Positions 17,829 to 26,566 are shown, counted from the first letter of the stretch. The stretch is DNA of 35,826 nucleotides from Gemmatimonadota bacterium (GCA_046758745.1 JBHIAV010000032.1:1-35826); one strand, 5' to 3'. Notes: a model not told the origin generated them from the letters alone. A program made the numbers and translations.

Positions 17829-17959
17829 CGGAGACGTCGCCCCTCCCCGCGCGCGCGCATGACCGGCCGCCGGCTCCGTCGCGCCGCACTCGCCTCTCGC
17901 GCCCCGATCCGGTGAAGCGACCGCGCGCCTCCGTCGCGGCCGGGACGCGGCCTCTCCCG

Positions 17960-19042
17960 ATGTCGAGGAGGTGTCGATCCCTTCCGATCCCTGCCCTGGC
18001 CGGCACGATCGCGGCGTTCTCCGGTTGCGGGTCCGGGGGGCCGCACCCGGAGGGGCCCCGTCCTTCGGTTCCCATCCTGGCGCGGCAGGAGATCGGGACC
18101 TCCGTGCTCCTCCAGGCGGTGAGCGTGGTGGACGCGCGGGTCGTATGGGTGAGCGGACACGGCGGAACCTACGCCCGCAGCCTGAACGGCGGCGAGACAT
18201 GGACGGTGGGCGTCGTCCCGGGCGCGGACACCCTCGAGTTTCGGGATGTCCACGCCGTGGACGCCGAGACCGCTTACCTGCTCAGCGCGGGCCCCGGGGA
18301 GCTCTCGCGCATCTACAAGACGACCGACGGCGGGCTCGGCTGGGAGCTGCAGTTCATGAACGAGGAGCCGGACGGGTTCTACGACTGCTTCGCCTTCTGG
18401 GATGGGCGAAACGGGCTGGCGTACGGCGATGCGGTGAACGGCGAGCTCAGGATTCTCCTCACATCCGACGGGGCGAGGTGGCGGCGCGTGGCGCCGGAGA
18501 GCCTCCCGCCCGCCTTGCCAGGCGAGGGTGGGTTCGCAGCGAGTGGGACCTGCGTGGCTGTGCTGCCGGGCGGCCGCGCCTGGATCGGCACGGGCGCCGC
18601 CGACACGGCCCGCGTGCTCCGGACAAACGACATGGGTCGTAGCTGGACGGCCGCCGTCACGCCGATGGTGGGCGGGAGCACGGCCGGCATCACCACGGTG
18701 GCCTTTCGCGACCGGCGAAACGGCATCGTGCTCGGCGGGGATCTGCGAGATCCGGACGGTCGTACGGAGAATGTGGCCGTCACCCGGGACGGCGGGAAAA
18801 GCTGGCGGCTCGCCGGCCGTCCCCGCATGACCGGGGCGATCTACGGGAGCTCGTACGTCCCGGGCGCGCAGACCCCCACGATCGTGGCCGTGGGTCCGAC
18901 GGGGGCCGACTACTCGCGGGACGAGGGGCGGACGTGGGCCGCGCTCGACACCGCCGGCTACTGGGCGGTGGGCGTGGCGTCACCGCGGGCCGGCTGGATG
19001 GTCGGGCCCCGCGGTCGGATCACGAAGATCGGATTCTTCTGA
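17960..19042 (+). CDS. Ycf48-like/BNR (Asp-box) repeat beta-propeller lipoprotein
   Basis: FSGC lipobox. Repeated Asp-boxes: SLNGGETW, TTDGGLGW, TSDGARW, TNDMGRSW, TRDGGKSW, SRDEGRTW. EGGFAASGTC motif. Confidence 0.9.
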   Translation: MSRRCRSLPIPALAGTIAAFSGCGSGGPHPEGPRPSVPILARQEIGTSVLLQAVSVVDARVVWVSGHGGTYARSLNGGETWTVGVVPGADTLEFRDVHAVDAETAYLLSAGPGELSRIYKTTDGGLGWELQFMNEEPDGFYDCFAFWDGRNGLAYGDAVNGELRILLTSDGARWRRVAPESLPPALPGEGGFAASGTCVAVLPGGRAWIGTGAADTARVLRTNDMGRSWTAAVTPMVGGSTAGITTVAFRDRRNGIVLGGDLRDPDGRTENVAVTRDGGKSWRLAGRPRMTGAIYGSSYVPGAQTPTIVAVGPTGADYSRDEGRTWAALDTAGYWAVGVASPRAGWMVGPRGRITKIGFF

Positions 19043-19549
19043 GGCCGGACGGTCCGCGACCGAGAGCCTGATTCGCTGATCTGTCGCGCGGAGAAGCCGG
19101 GGCCGTGAGTCGCCGAGGACCCGGACCACGACGTCCACTTCCGTCCCCGGTTCCCAGGCCGGCCCGCCGCGCGCCACACCTCGGATCTCGTTCGACCCGG
19201 CAGACTCGCTCTCGAGTCGTGCAGCCCATATCTCCTCGCCGCTCACCACCCACACGGAATCGGCCCCCACGCCGTCCGAAAGCGGCCGGCCGTCGGTCGC
19301 CTTGACCGTGACGCGCACGAGGAGTCGTCCGCCGCCCGCCCGGGGCGCCGGCAGAGCGTCACGGATGAGGTTCGTCTTCAGCGTCAGGGTCCGCCCGTGG
19401 ATGATGATGATGGTGGGAGCGTCCGTGAATCGGCCCACGTGGATAGCGAAGAACGTGTCGGAGCACGCCCAGATCGCGAGGGGCAGGACGACGGCGAGCA
19501 GGCTTCGCAAGGCTCCAGCTTCGGTTCCGGCGGTCTCCCCAATCTCCAC
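18980..19549 (-). CDS. Hypothetical lipoprotein (start uncertain)
   Basis: Hydrophobic LLAVVLPLAIWAC with a lipobox-like Cys, followed by a globular beta-rich domain (SVWVV...RGGPAWEPGTEVDVVVRV). The 3' end overlaps the convergent gene by 63 nt. Confidence 0.7.
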   Translation of the reverse strand: MEIGETAGTEAGALRSLLAVVLPLAIWACSDTFFAIHVGRFTDAPTIIIIHGRTLTLKTNLIRDALPAPRAGGGRLLVRVTVKATDGRPLSDGVGADSVWVVSGEEIWAARLESESAGSNEIRGVARGGPAWEPGTEVDVVVRVLGDSRPRLLRATDQRIRLSVADRPASEESDLRDPTAGPDHPAGPR

Positions 19550-19582
19550 CGCCCTTGCCGCGCCGGCAAGCCAGAGCCGTCC

Positions 19583-19681
19583 GGGCGACACGGCAGCTCC
19601 CGGCCAGGGGCGACACGGCCGCTCCCGACCAGGGGCGACACGGCCGCTCCCGACTCACGGGCGACACGGCAGCTCCGGCAG
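19583..19681. repeat. Tandem array of four ~25-bp units in a divergent intergenic region
   Basis: Core GGGCGACACGGC(A/C)GCTCC starts at 19583, 19608, 19633 and 19659. Confidence 0.92.
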
Positions 19682-19774
19682 GGGACGAGGCTGGTTCTTT
19701 CCTCGCTTCCTCGGGTACCTTCAGCGAGGCGGGCCGGACGCGGCCCGAAACGATCATTCGCGGGACCCAGCCCC

Positions 19775-21370
19775 ATGCCGATTGGCCGATCCATCGGGAC
19801 GGCCGGCCTTGCCGGCCCATGGCTCGCGTTGCTCTGCGGCCCGGGGCTCGCTTTCCTCGTCGGAGCGTGCGCTTCCGCCTCCGGCGGTTCGGGGATGATC
19901 TCCGGAGCGGAGACCGGCTGCGCGCTCGTCCCGGGCTCGCCGACGGGCACGGCCGTCGATGTCGCCGTTCGCGGAAGCGTCCACCCCGGCCACGCCCCGG
20001 TCCCGCGAAACGCCGGCGAGAGCCTGGTGTTTCGGCACCTGTACGAGACGCTGGTCCGCGTCGACTGCGCCGGCCGTGTGCGCGCGGGCCTGGCGGAGAG
20101 CTGGTCGCCGGAGGACGGGGGTCGCGCGTGGACCTTCGTGCTCCGGGGCGGTGCGAGGTTCTGGGACGGGACTCCGGTGCGGGCCGCGGACGTTCTGGAG
20201 AGCTGGCGGGCGGCGCCCGTCCGGGGCAGCGACGGGCGCCCGGACGGGATGTCGGAGTCCCGGTCGAGCGGAGACGTGGGGGGAGGGGAGTGGGCCGTGG
20301 AGGTGTTGCAGGTCGACTATCGGCTGAGGCTTCGGGCCGCGGTGGCGGAGTCGGCGAGCGCGATCGGAGATCGGGTCCTGCGCATCTCGTTCGGTCGTCC
20401 GGAGTCCGAACTGCCGCCCTGGCTCGCCGACCCCGCTCTGGCGGTTCACCGGCCTGCGGAGGCGGGCGCGTGGCCGCTCGGGACGGGGAGCTACCGGCTA
20501 CACGGGCCGGATTGGGGGGAGGTGCCGGCCCGGGTCGGGTCGTCGGGCCGCGTGCTGACCGCGTACCCGGTCCTGAGGGTCCCCGGAGATGAGCGGCCCA
20601 TCCTCCGGTTCCGGACCGACTCGCCGGCCGACGCGCGCGAGCTCCTGGACGCCGGGATCGACCTGCTGGTCACGGAGGCCCCCGCCACGATCGGGTACGC
20701 CGTCACCCTCTCCGCGTACTCCGCGGTGCCGCTTCCCTGGGACCGCACGTACGTGCTCCTGCTCGGCGGAGGGGCTTGGCCGACGGACGCTGGCCCGGCT
20801 CCGGAGACCGGCCCGACGGCGCCCGGGAGCGCCGCCGCGGCATTCCGTGAGGCGCTCGCCAGGGACGCGGTGCGGGCGGAGGCACGAGCGGCGGAGGCTC
20901 CCCTCTGGTGGAGCGACGGGGACGGTTGCCGTGCCCTCGGTGGGGGAAGGGGACCGGGATCGCCTCGGGTCGTCTACCCGCGCGGGGACCCGGTCGCCGG
21001 CGACCTGGCGGAGAGGCTCATCGCGCTAGCAAGAAGCGCGAGCGGCCCGGGCTCCGAGCGTCCCGCCGGGGTTCCCGCCTGGGTTCTCTCGCTGCCGCCC
21101 GGCGCCGCGTCACTGCCCGCCCGCCATCTCCTCACCGCGCTCCGAGCGGGATCGGAGGCGGCGTTCGTGTTCCCTGTGCCCCGCTCGACGAAGCTCCCGT
21201 GCGGCGGCCTCGCGGACTTCCTGGCCCGGCCGGCCTTTCGGCCACTCCCTCTGGTCGACACCCGCCGCCGCGCGATCGTGCGGCGGGATCTCGTCGGACT
21301 GAGCCTCGATGGGGAGGGCAACCTCCTCCTCTTCGGAGCGGGACGGGCGGGCGTGGCGCTGGATCGGTGA
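19775..21370 (+). CDS. Family-5 (DppA/OppA-like) solute-binding lipoprotein, with no transporter genes nearby
   Basis: VGAC lipobox, LYETLVRVD..G...GLAESW...WTFVLR.GARFWDGTPV.AADV signature, and LGTGSYRL. Start uncertain. Confidence 0.85.
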   Translation: MPIGRSIGTAGLAGPWLALLCGPGLAFLVGACASASGGSGMISGAETGCALVPGSPTGTAVDVAVRGSVHPGHAPVPRNAGESLVFRHLYETLVRVDCAGRVRAGLAESWSPEDGGRAWTFVLRGGARFWDGTPVRAADVLESWRAAPVRGSDGRPDGMSESRSSGDVGGGEWAVEVLQVDYRLRLRAAVAESASAIGDRVLRISFGRPESELPPWLADPALAVHRPAEAGAWPLGTGSYRLHGPDWGEVPARVGSSGRVLTAYPVLRVPGDERPILRFRTDSPADARELLDAGIDLLVTEAPATIGYAVTLSAYSAVPLPWDRTYVLLLGGGAWPTDAGPAPETGPTAPGSAAAAFREALARDAVRAEARAAEAPLWWSDGDGCRALGGGRGPGSPRVVYPRGDPVAGDLAERLIALARSASGPGSERPAGVPAWVLSLPPGAASLPARHLLTALRAGSEAAFVFPVPRSTKLPCGGLADFLARPAFRPLPLVDTRRRAIVRRDLVGLSLDGEGNLLLFGAGRAGVALDR

Positions 21371-21445
21371 GGGACAGGTGAGCCGCCGCCTCACCCGCAC
21401 AGGAGGCCGAGGACGCTCCGGTTCCCGTGATCGCCGAGAACGCCC

Positions 21446-23548
21446 GTGAGCTTCCGCGTCCGCCTTCTCCTCGCCTTCGTGGTTCTCGCCCTCGCCCCGC
21501 TGGTCGCGTTCGCGATCGGTGTCCGGCGCGAGATGGGGGGACGGCTTACCGGCGCCTACGAGCGGCGCGTCGAATCGCGCGTAGCCGCGATCCAGGGGAA
21601 CCTCGGACGCGAGAGCGAGGCGATCGCGAGGCGTCTTCGTGCGCTGCGCCGTGCCATCGCCGACGACAATCGCTTCCGGCTGGCCGTCGTGCAGGGCGCC
21701 ACCTCCGAGCGTCCGTATCTGCTCGACTACGCGGGGAACGCGATGCGTCTCGCCGGCCTCTCCATGCTCCAGATTCAGGACGATTCCGGGCGCATCCTGA
21801 GCTCCGGTCATTTTCGAAACGAGTTCGATCGGCTGGAACCCGGTCTGCCGGAGGGGATCGCCGCGGTCCCGGGAGGCGCGGCGCTCGTCGAGGCGCGCAC
21901 CCCCGACGGCCCCATACTCGCCCTGGTTCGGGTGGACTCGCTGCGGCTCGCCGGGAGGAGGCTCCACATCGTGGGCGGGGTGTCCGTCGAGGATCGGTTT
22001 CTCGAGCGGCTCTCCGGCGATGACGAGCTGCGCGTGAGGCTGGTGTACCCCGGTGGGGTCCTGACCGTGGGCGGAACAGTGGACGGTCGGGACGACGGCG
22101 GGCCGGCGGGTGGGGCGCGGAGTAGGACGGGCCGGGACCTTCTGGCGGGCGGCGGAGCGAAGGGGCGCGCGGGAAGGGCCGTCGTCCGGGAGCTTGCCAT
22201 GCCGTTCGTGGCCACGCGGACCGGCGGGAGAGCGCAGGCCCCCGTGGTGCCCGGCGCCGGTGGAGCGCGGGCCGGTGGCGCGGCTGCCGCCGCCCGCCTG
22301 GTGGTCACCTCTCCCCTCGCCCCCCTCGACGTGCTGCGGAGAAGCGTCGACCTGTGGTTTCTCGCCGCCGTCGGGATCACGGGCCTCGCCGCCCTGCTCC
22401 TGGCCGGATGGGTCTCCGCCCGAATCAGCCGACCGCTCACCGAACTCGCGAGGAAGACGGCCCGGGTGGATCTCGAGCGGCTCGACGTCGCCTTCTACAC
22501 CACGCGCCGGGACGAGATCGGGGCGCTCTCGCGTCTTCTCGCCGCGATGACGGAGCGGCTGAGAGCGGGCGCCTCGCGGCTCCGCGACGCCGAACGGCGG
22601 GCTACCCTGGGGGAGATCGCCCGGCAGGTGAACCACGACATCAAGACCGGCCTCGCCCCCATCCGGAACGTGATCCGCCACCTCACCGAGGTGGCGCGCC
22701 GCGACCCGTCGCGGGTGGCGACCGTCCTGGAGGAACGCCGCGGGAGCCTCGACTCGAGCATCTCGTACCTGGAGAGTCTGTCGGCGAACTACGCCCGGCT
22801 CTCGCCCGCTCTCGAGCTGCGTCCATGCGATGTGAACGCCGTCGTGCGGAAGGTGGTGGCCGGGGCGCGGGGCCGGAGAAGGGCGCCCGGGCGGAGCGGC
22901 TTCGCTTCGGAGCCGCCACCGGTCGATGCCGATTCGGCGGCGTCAGAGCGCGGGGGCGACGTGCGCCTGCGGCGGCTCCTGGCCGACGGGCTTCCTGCGG
23001 TCCGAGCCGACCCCGTGGCGCTTCGCCGCATCCTCGAGAACCTCGTCGGCAACGCCATCGAGAGCCTGGAGGGGAGTGGCGGGACGGTGACCGTCTCCAC
23101 CGAGCTCGTCACGGAGGGAGGAGCCGGGGCGGGCCCGACGGAGCACCGGCGCGTCCGAATCGCGATCGCCGACACCGGCCCGGGTCTCACGGCGGAGGAG
23201 CTGGAGCGGATCTTCCAGGACTTCTACACCACGAAGCCGGGCGGGACCGGGCTGGGGCTCTCGGTGGTGCGGCGGCTCGTGGCGGACCTCGGCGGCTCGC
23301 TTCGGGCCGAGAGCGAGCCGGGTGCGGGGAGCCGGTTCGTCGTAGAGCTGGAAGCGGCGGAGGCGGTCGAGGCGGCCGGAACCAGGCCCGGCGTGCCGCG
23401 GGAACGAACCCCGGTACGCCGCCGGAACGAACCCCAGCGCGGCGCGGGAACCAATCCCGGCGCGCCCCCGGAACGGCGCGGGAACCGACCCGGGCGCGCC
23501 CCCGGAACGAACCCCGCGCACGGCGAGCCAGTAGAGAGCGATTCGTGA
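21446..23548 (+). CDS. Membrane sensor histidine kinase (two TM helices, HAMP, HisKA, HATPase; NtrY-like)
   Basis: ISRPLTEL...RRDEIGAL HAMP domain, H-box VNHDIKTGL, N-box NLVGNAIE, ADTGPG, FYTTKPGGTGLGL. Confidence 0.95.
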   Translation: MSFRVRLLLAFVVLALAPLVAFAIGVRREMGGRLTGAYERRVESRVAAIQGNLGRESEAIARRLRALRRAIADDNRFRLAVVQGATSERPYLLDYAGNAMRLAGLSMLQIQDDSGRILSSGHFRNEFDRLEPGLPEGIAAVPGGAALVEARTPDGPILALVRVDSLRLAGRRLHIVGGVSVEDRFLERLSGDDELRVRLVYPGGVLTVGGTVDGRDDGGPAGGARSRTGRDLLAGGGAKGRAGRAVVRELAMPFVATRTGGRAQAPVVPGAGGARAGGAAAAARLVVTSPLAPLDVLRRSVDLWFLAAVGITGLAALLLAGWVSARISRPLTELARKTARVDLERLDVAFYTTRRDEIGALSRLLAAMTERLRAGASRLRDAERRATLGEIARQVNHDIKTGLAPIRNVIRHLTEVARRDPSRVATVLEERRGSLDSSISYLESLSANYARLSPALELRPCDVNAVVRKVVAGARGRRRAPGRSGFASEPPPVDADSAASERGGDVRLRRLLADGLPAVRADPVALRRILENLVGNAIESLEGSGGTVTVSTELVTEGGAGAGPTEHRRVRIAIADTGPGLTAEELERIFQDFYTTKPGGTGLGLSVVRRLVADLGGSLRAESEPGAGSRFVVELEAAEAVEAAGTRPGVPRERTPVRRRNEPQRGAGTNPGAPPERRGNRPGRAPGTNPAHGEPVESDS
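23378..23518 (+). repeat. Degenerate 23-bp GGAAC-led tandem array in the kinase 3' tail
   Basis: GGAAC at 23378, 23401, 23424, 23447, 23470, 23481 and 23504. Consensus approximately GGAACGAACCCCGGCGCGCCGC. Confidence 0.88.
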
Positions 23549-24918
23549 CCCTCGTCCTCGTCGTCGATGATGTGCCCGCCATGGCCGAGCAGTACGCGTA
23601 CGACCTCAGGCGGCTCGGCGGCTTCAAGACACGGGTGGCGACCGGCGGTCGGGAGGCGCTCGACATCCTGGCCGACGAGGCGATCGACTGCGTCATCCTC
23701 GATCTCGAGATGCCTCGGGTCGACGGCTTCGAGGTGCTCCGTGCGCTGCAGCGACGGGGCGCCGACGTCCCGGTGATCGTGTATACGGGCACGGGCGACT
23801 TCGACCGGTGCGCGCGGGCGATTCGGCTCGGGGCGTTCGGCTTCATCGACAAGGCGGAGTCGATGCACCGGGTGGTGCAAGAGGTGCGCAACGCCCTCGA
23901 GCGCGGGCGCCTCGCATCGGAGGTGCGCGCCCTCCGGGAGAGGATCGCCGAAGAGAGCCCCCTGCTCGGCTCGAGCGCTCCGATGCGGGCGCTCCGGGAG
24001 GCCATCGGGCGCCTCGCGCCGATCCCCAGCCCTGTCCTCATCGTCGGCGAGTCCGGCACGGGCAAGGAGCTGGTGGCGCGCGAGCTCCACCGGCTGAGCG
24101 ACCGGGCCGAGGCCCCGTTCATCGCCGTGAACAGCGCGGGGCTGCCGGAGAGCCTGGTGGAGAGCGAGCTGTTCGGGCACGAGCGGGGCGCGTTCACCGG
24201 AGCCGATCGGCTGCGCCGCGGCGCCTTCGAGCGGGCGGGCGAGGGCACGCTCTTCCTGGACGAGATCGGCGAGCTGCCGACCGCCGCGCAGGCGAAGCTG
24301 CTCCGCGTGCTCGAGCAGAACGAACTGACCCGGGTCGGCGGAGAGCGGACGATCGAGGTGGGAGCTCGCGTGGTGGCGGCGACGCACCGGGATCTCGAGG
24401 CCGACGTGGAGGAAGGCCGCTTCCGCGGGGACCTCTACTACCGTCTGAGCGTCCATGTGCTCCGAGTCCCGACTCTCCGGGAGAGGCTCTCCGACATCCC
24501 GGAGCTCGCGCAGCACCTGCTCGAGAGCACCGGCGCCCGATTCGGCGTGCGCACGAAGAGGCTGCACGCCGCGGCGCTCGAGCTCCTGATGGCGTACGAA
24601 TGGCGCAAGAACAACGTGCGCGAGCTCCGGAACATCATCGAGCGTCTGGTGATCGCGGTGGACGGGGAGGAGATCCGGGCGGAACAGGTGCCGCCCGAGA
24701 TCCGTGGCGCGGTCGCTGCGGCGGGCCGCGACGCTCCGGCTGAAGGGACGCCGGTCCGGACGTTCAGGGAGCTGAGGGCGGAGGCGGAGCGCCGGATCGT
24801 GCTCGCCGCGCTTCAGCGCAACGAATGGCAAATCACACGCACGGCGGAGGAGCTCGGCCTCGCCGACCACGCGAGCCTCCTGAAGATCATGCGGCGGCTG
24901 GGAGTCGGCCGTAGCTGA
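23545..24918 (+). CDS. Sigma-54-dependent response regulator (NtrC family: REC-AAA+-HTH)
   Basis: VVDD, LDLEMP, GESGTGKE, intact GAFTGA, FLDEIG, FRGDLYYRL, NVREL and a C-terminal HTH. GTGA overlap with the kinase stop. Confidence 0.96.
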   Translation: MTLVLVVDDVPAMAEQYAYDLRRLGGFKTRVATGGREALDILADEAIDCVILDLEMPRVDGFEVLRALQRRGADVPVIVYTGTGDFDRCARAIRLGAFGFIDKAESMHRVVQEVRNALERGRLASEVRALRERIAEESPLLGSSAPMRALREAIGRLAPIPSPVLIVGESGTGKELVARELHRLSDRAEAPFIAVNSAGLPESLVESELFGHERGAFTGADRLRRGAFERAGEGTLFLDEIGELPTAAQAKLLRVLEQNELTRVGGERTIEVGARVVAATHRDLEADVEEGRFRGDLYYRLSVHVLRVPTLRERLSDIPELAQHLLESTGARFGVRTKRLHAAALELLMAYEWRKNNVRELRNIIERLVIAVDGEEIRAEQVPPEIRGAVAAAGRDAPAEGTPVRTFRELRAEAERRIVLAALQRNEWQITRTAEELGLADHASLLKIMRRLGVGRS

Positions 24919-24920
24919 GC

Positions 24921-25023
24921 GCGTCGAATTCGAGTGCGTCGAACCCGAGTGCACCGGTGCCCGGGTGCGTGGGCCACCTGACCGCACCGGCGCCCGGGTG
25001 CGTGGGCAGGACCGCGCCGGCGC
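24921..25023. repeat. Short tandem duplications downstream of the response regulator
   Basis: gcgtcgaa(tt/cc)cgagt twice (24921-24950); gcaccgg(t/c)gcccgggtgcgtgggc at 24951 and 24984, with a partial copy at 25014. Confidence 0.8.
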
Positions 25024-25040
25024 ATGAGCGCGCGCCGGCC

Positions 25041-25090
25041 GTGTCCTGCTGGACACATTCCGCCGCCGCCGCCCGTGTCCGCTCGGACAC
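25041..25090. promoter_or_regulatory. Two perfect GTGTCC-N4-GGACAC palindromes (candidate enhancer/UAS for the sigma-54 activator)
   Basis: GTGTCCtgctGGACAC at 25041-25056 and GTGTCCgctcGGACAC at 25075-25090, 34 bp apart and about 100-150 bp upstream of the -24 element. Confidence 0.72.
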
Positions 25091-25187
25091 AAGGGGCCCC
25101 GGCGTGGCGTCACCCGCGTCGGCCATGGACAGTCTAACCTCCTTACACACAGCACGTTAGCGAATCTGTCAGCCCCCTCCCGCGGCC

Positions 25188-25203
25188 CGGCCGCCCCCTT
25201 GCC
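25188..25203 (+). promoter_or_regulatory. Candidate sigma-54 (-24/-12) promoter for the TPR gene
   Basis: CGGCCGCCCCCTTGCC: GG (25189-90), exactly 10 nt, then GC (25201-02) within TTGC. It is a partial match to TGGCACG-N4-TTGC and lies about 70 bp before the ATG. Confidence 0.62.
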
Positions 25204-25271
25204 ACTCGGGAGCCCCGACACGGTGGCGAAACCGGGGCTCTGAGAAGGGCCCGCAACCGAGGGAGGAAACC

Positions 25272-26522
25272 ATGACCGCAGGACGAACCCCCCGACTCGA
25301 ACTCACTGCCCGGCGCGACCGCCCGCATGTCATCGTCCGGCGCGACCGCCCGCATGTCATCGCCCGGCGCGAGCGCCCGCTTCTCACTGCCCGGCGCGAC
25401 CGCTTGCTTGTCATCGCCCGGCGCGAGCGCTCGCTTCTCCTTCGCCGGCGCGACCGCCCGCTTCTCGGCCTCCTGCTCCTGGCGGCCTCGCTGGTCGGCT
25501 GCGGTGACTCGAGGGACGGCGGCGACGAGCACACCGGCGGCGGAGCGGCCAGCGTAGCGGCAGCCAGGACGTCCGTCCCGGAGGCCGCTCCGGTCGTCTC
25601 CCAGGCGGCTGCCGTCGCGGAGCCACCCGCCGCCGAGTCGATCGAGCCGAAACGCGAGATCCCGCGACGGGTGACCTACGAAGAGGCCGAATCGGCCTTC
25701 CGCGACCGCCGATACGACGAGGCGGTCCAGCTCTTCACCGCCTACACGGAGCGGAAGCCGGCGAACCCGTGGGGCCATTACATGCTCGGTCTCTCCGCCT
25801 GGAAGGCCGGGCTGAACGATCACGCGATCGCCGCGTTCGAGAAGGCGTTGGAGGGGGATCCGGGTCACCTGAAGAGCCTGGTGAACCTGAGCCGCGTCCT
25901 GCTCGAGGAGGGGCGTCCGGAGGAGGCGGTCCCTCACATTGCCGAGGCCCTGGAGCTCGACCCGGGGTCGGCCGAAGCGTGGCGGGTGGCGGGGAACGTG
26001 CGCTCCGATCTCGGCCAGGTGGACGGAGCGACAGAGGCCTATCGGCGGGCGATCCTGCTCGATGAGATGGATGCGTGGGCGATGAACAACCTCGGGCTCC
26101 TCCTCATTCGCCAGAGGCGCTTCGAGGAGGCCCTCGGGCCGCTCGCCCGCGCGAGCGAGCTTCGCGGGGAGATCGGCGTCTTCTGGAACAACCTGGGGGT
26201 CGCGCTCGAGCGGACCGGCCACCTCGCCGGCGCCGCGGATGCCTATCGGGCGGCCCTGCGCGCCGACGGCTCGCACGAGAGGGCGTCCGTCAGCCTGGCG
26301 CGGGTCGAGGCGAGGGGATTCGACTCGGAGGAGTCCGTGGACCTGTCCGCGCTCGCCCGCGCCTTCGCGGAGGAGGTCGAGGGGTGGAGCGTCACGGCGC
26401 TCGCCGCCGATCCCGAAGACCCCGGCCTCGTGCCGGGCGTCGAGCCGGCCCACGCGGAGGGCGACGTGGAGATCGTGGAGGGCGACGTGGAGCTCGTGGA
26501 GGGTGAGCCGGACGGGGAGTGA
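25272..26522 (+). CDS. Tetratricopeptide-repeat lipoprotein
   Basis: GGAGG SD; Arg-rich repeated n-region, h-region LLGLLLLAASL, LVGC lipobox; about 6 TPRs (GHYMLG, AWRVAG, AMNNLG, FWNNLG); acidic tail with a 21-bp duplication (26457-26498). Confidence 0.92.
   Translation: MTAGRTPRLELTARRDRPHVIVRRDRPHVIARRERPLLTARRDRLLVIARRERSLLLRRRDRPLLGLLLLAASLVGCGDSRDGGDEHTGGGAASVAAARTSVPEAAPVVSQAAAVAEPPAAESIEPKREIPRRVTYEEAESAFRDRRYDEAVQLFTAYTERKPANPWGHYMLGLSAWKAGLNDHAIAAFEKALEGDPGHLKSLVNLSRVLLEEGRPEEAVPHIAEALELDPGSAEAWRVAGNVRSDLGQVDGATEAYRRAILLDEMDAWAMNNLGLLLIRQRRFEEALGPLARASELRGEIGVFWNNLGVALERTGHLAGAADAYRAALRADGSHERASVSLARVEARGFDSEESVDLSALARAFAEEVEGWSVTALAADPEDPGLVPGVEPAHAEGDVEIVEGDVELVEGEPDGE
25302..25463 (+). 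repeat. Six 27-bp in-frame tandem repeats in the signal-peptide n-region
   Basis: Units start at 25302, 25329, 25356, 25383, 25410 and 25437 and encode LTARRDRPH/VIVRRDRPH/VIARRERPL/LTARRDRLL/VIARRERSL/LLRRRDRPL. Confidence 0.95.
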
Positions 26523-26525
26523 GAC

Positions 26526-26566
26526 AAAAGGAGCGGGGCCCGACGAGGGGTCCCGCTCCTGCTTTT
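26526..26566. terminator. Rho-independent terminator, probably bidirectional
   Basis: A-run, then stem AGGAGCGGGGCCC / loop GACGAG / GGGTCCCGCTCCT, then GCTTTT, between convergent genes. Confidence 0.85.

Noticed and set aside
18980-19042. 63-nt convergent overlap as a regulatory feature
   Set aside because: It is most simply a lost stop codon extending a low-information C-terminal tail.
19583-19681. Possible CRISPR array (also considered for 23378-23518, 25302-25463 and 30097-30220)
   Set aside because: The units are contiguous, with no unique 30-40 bp spacers, and no cas genes are present.
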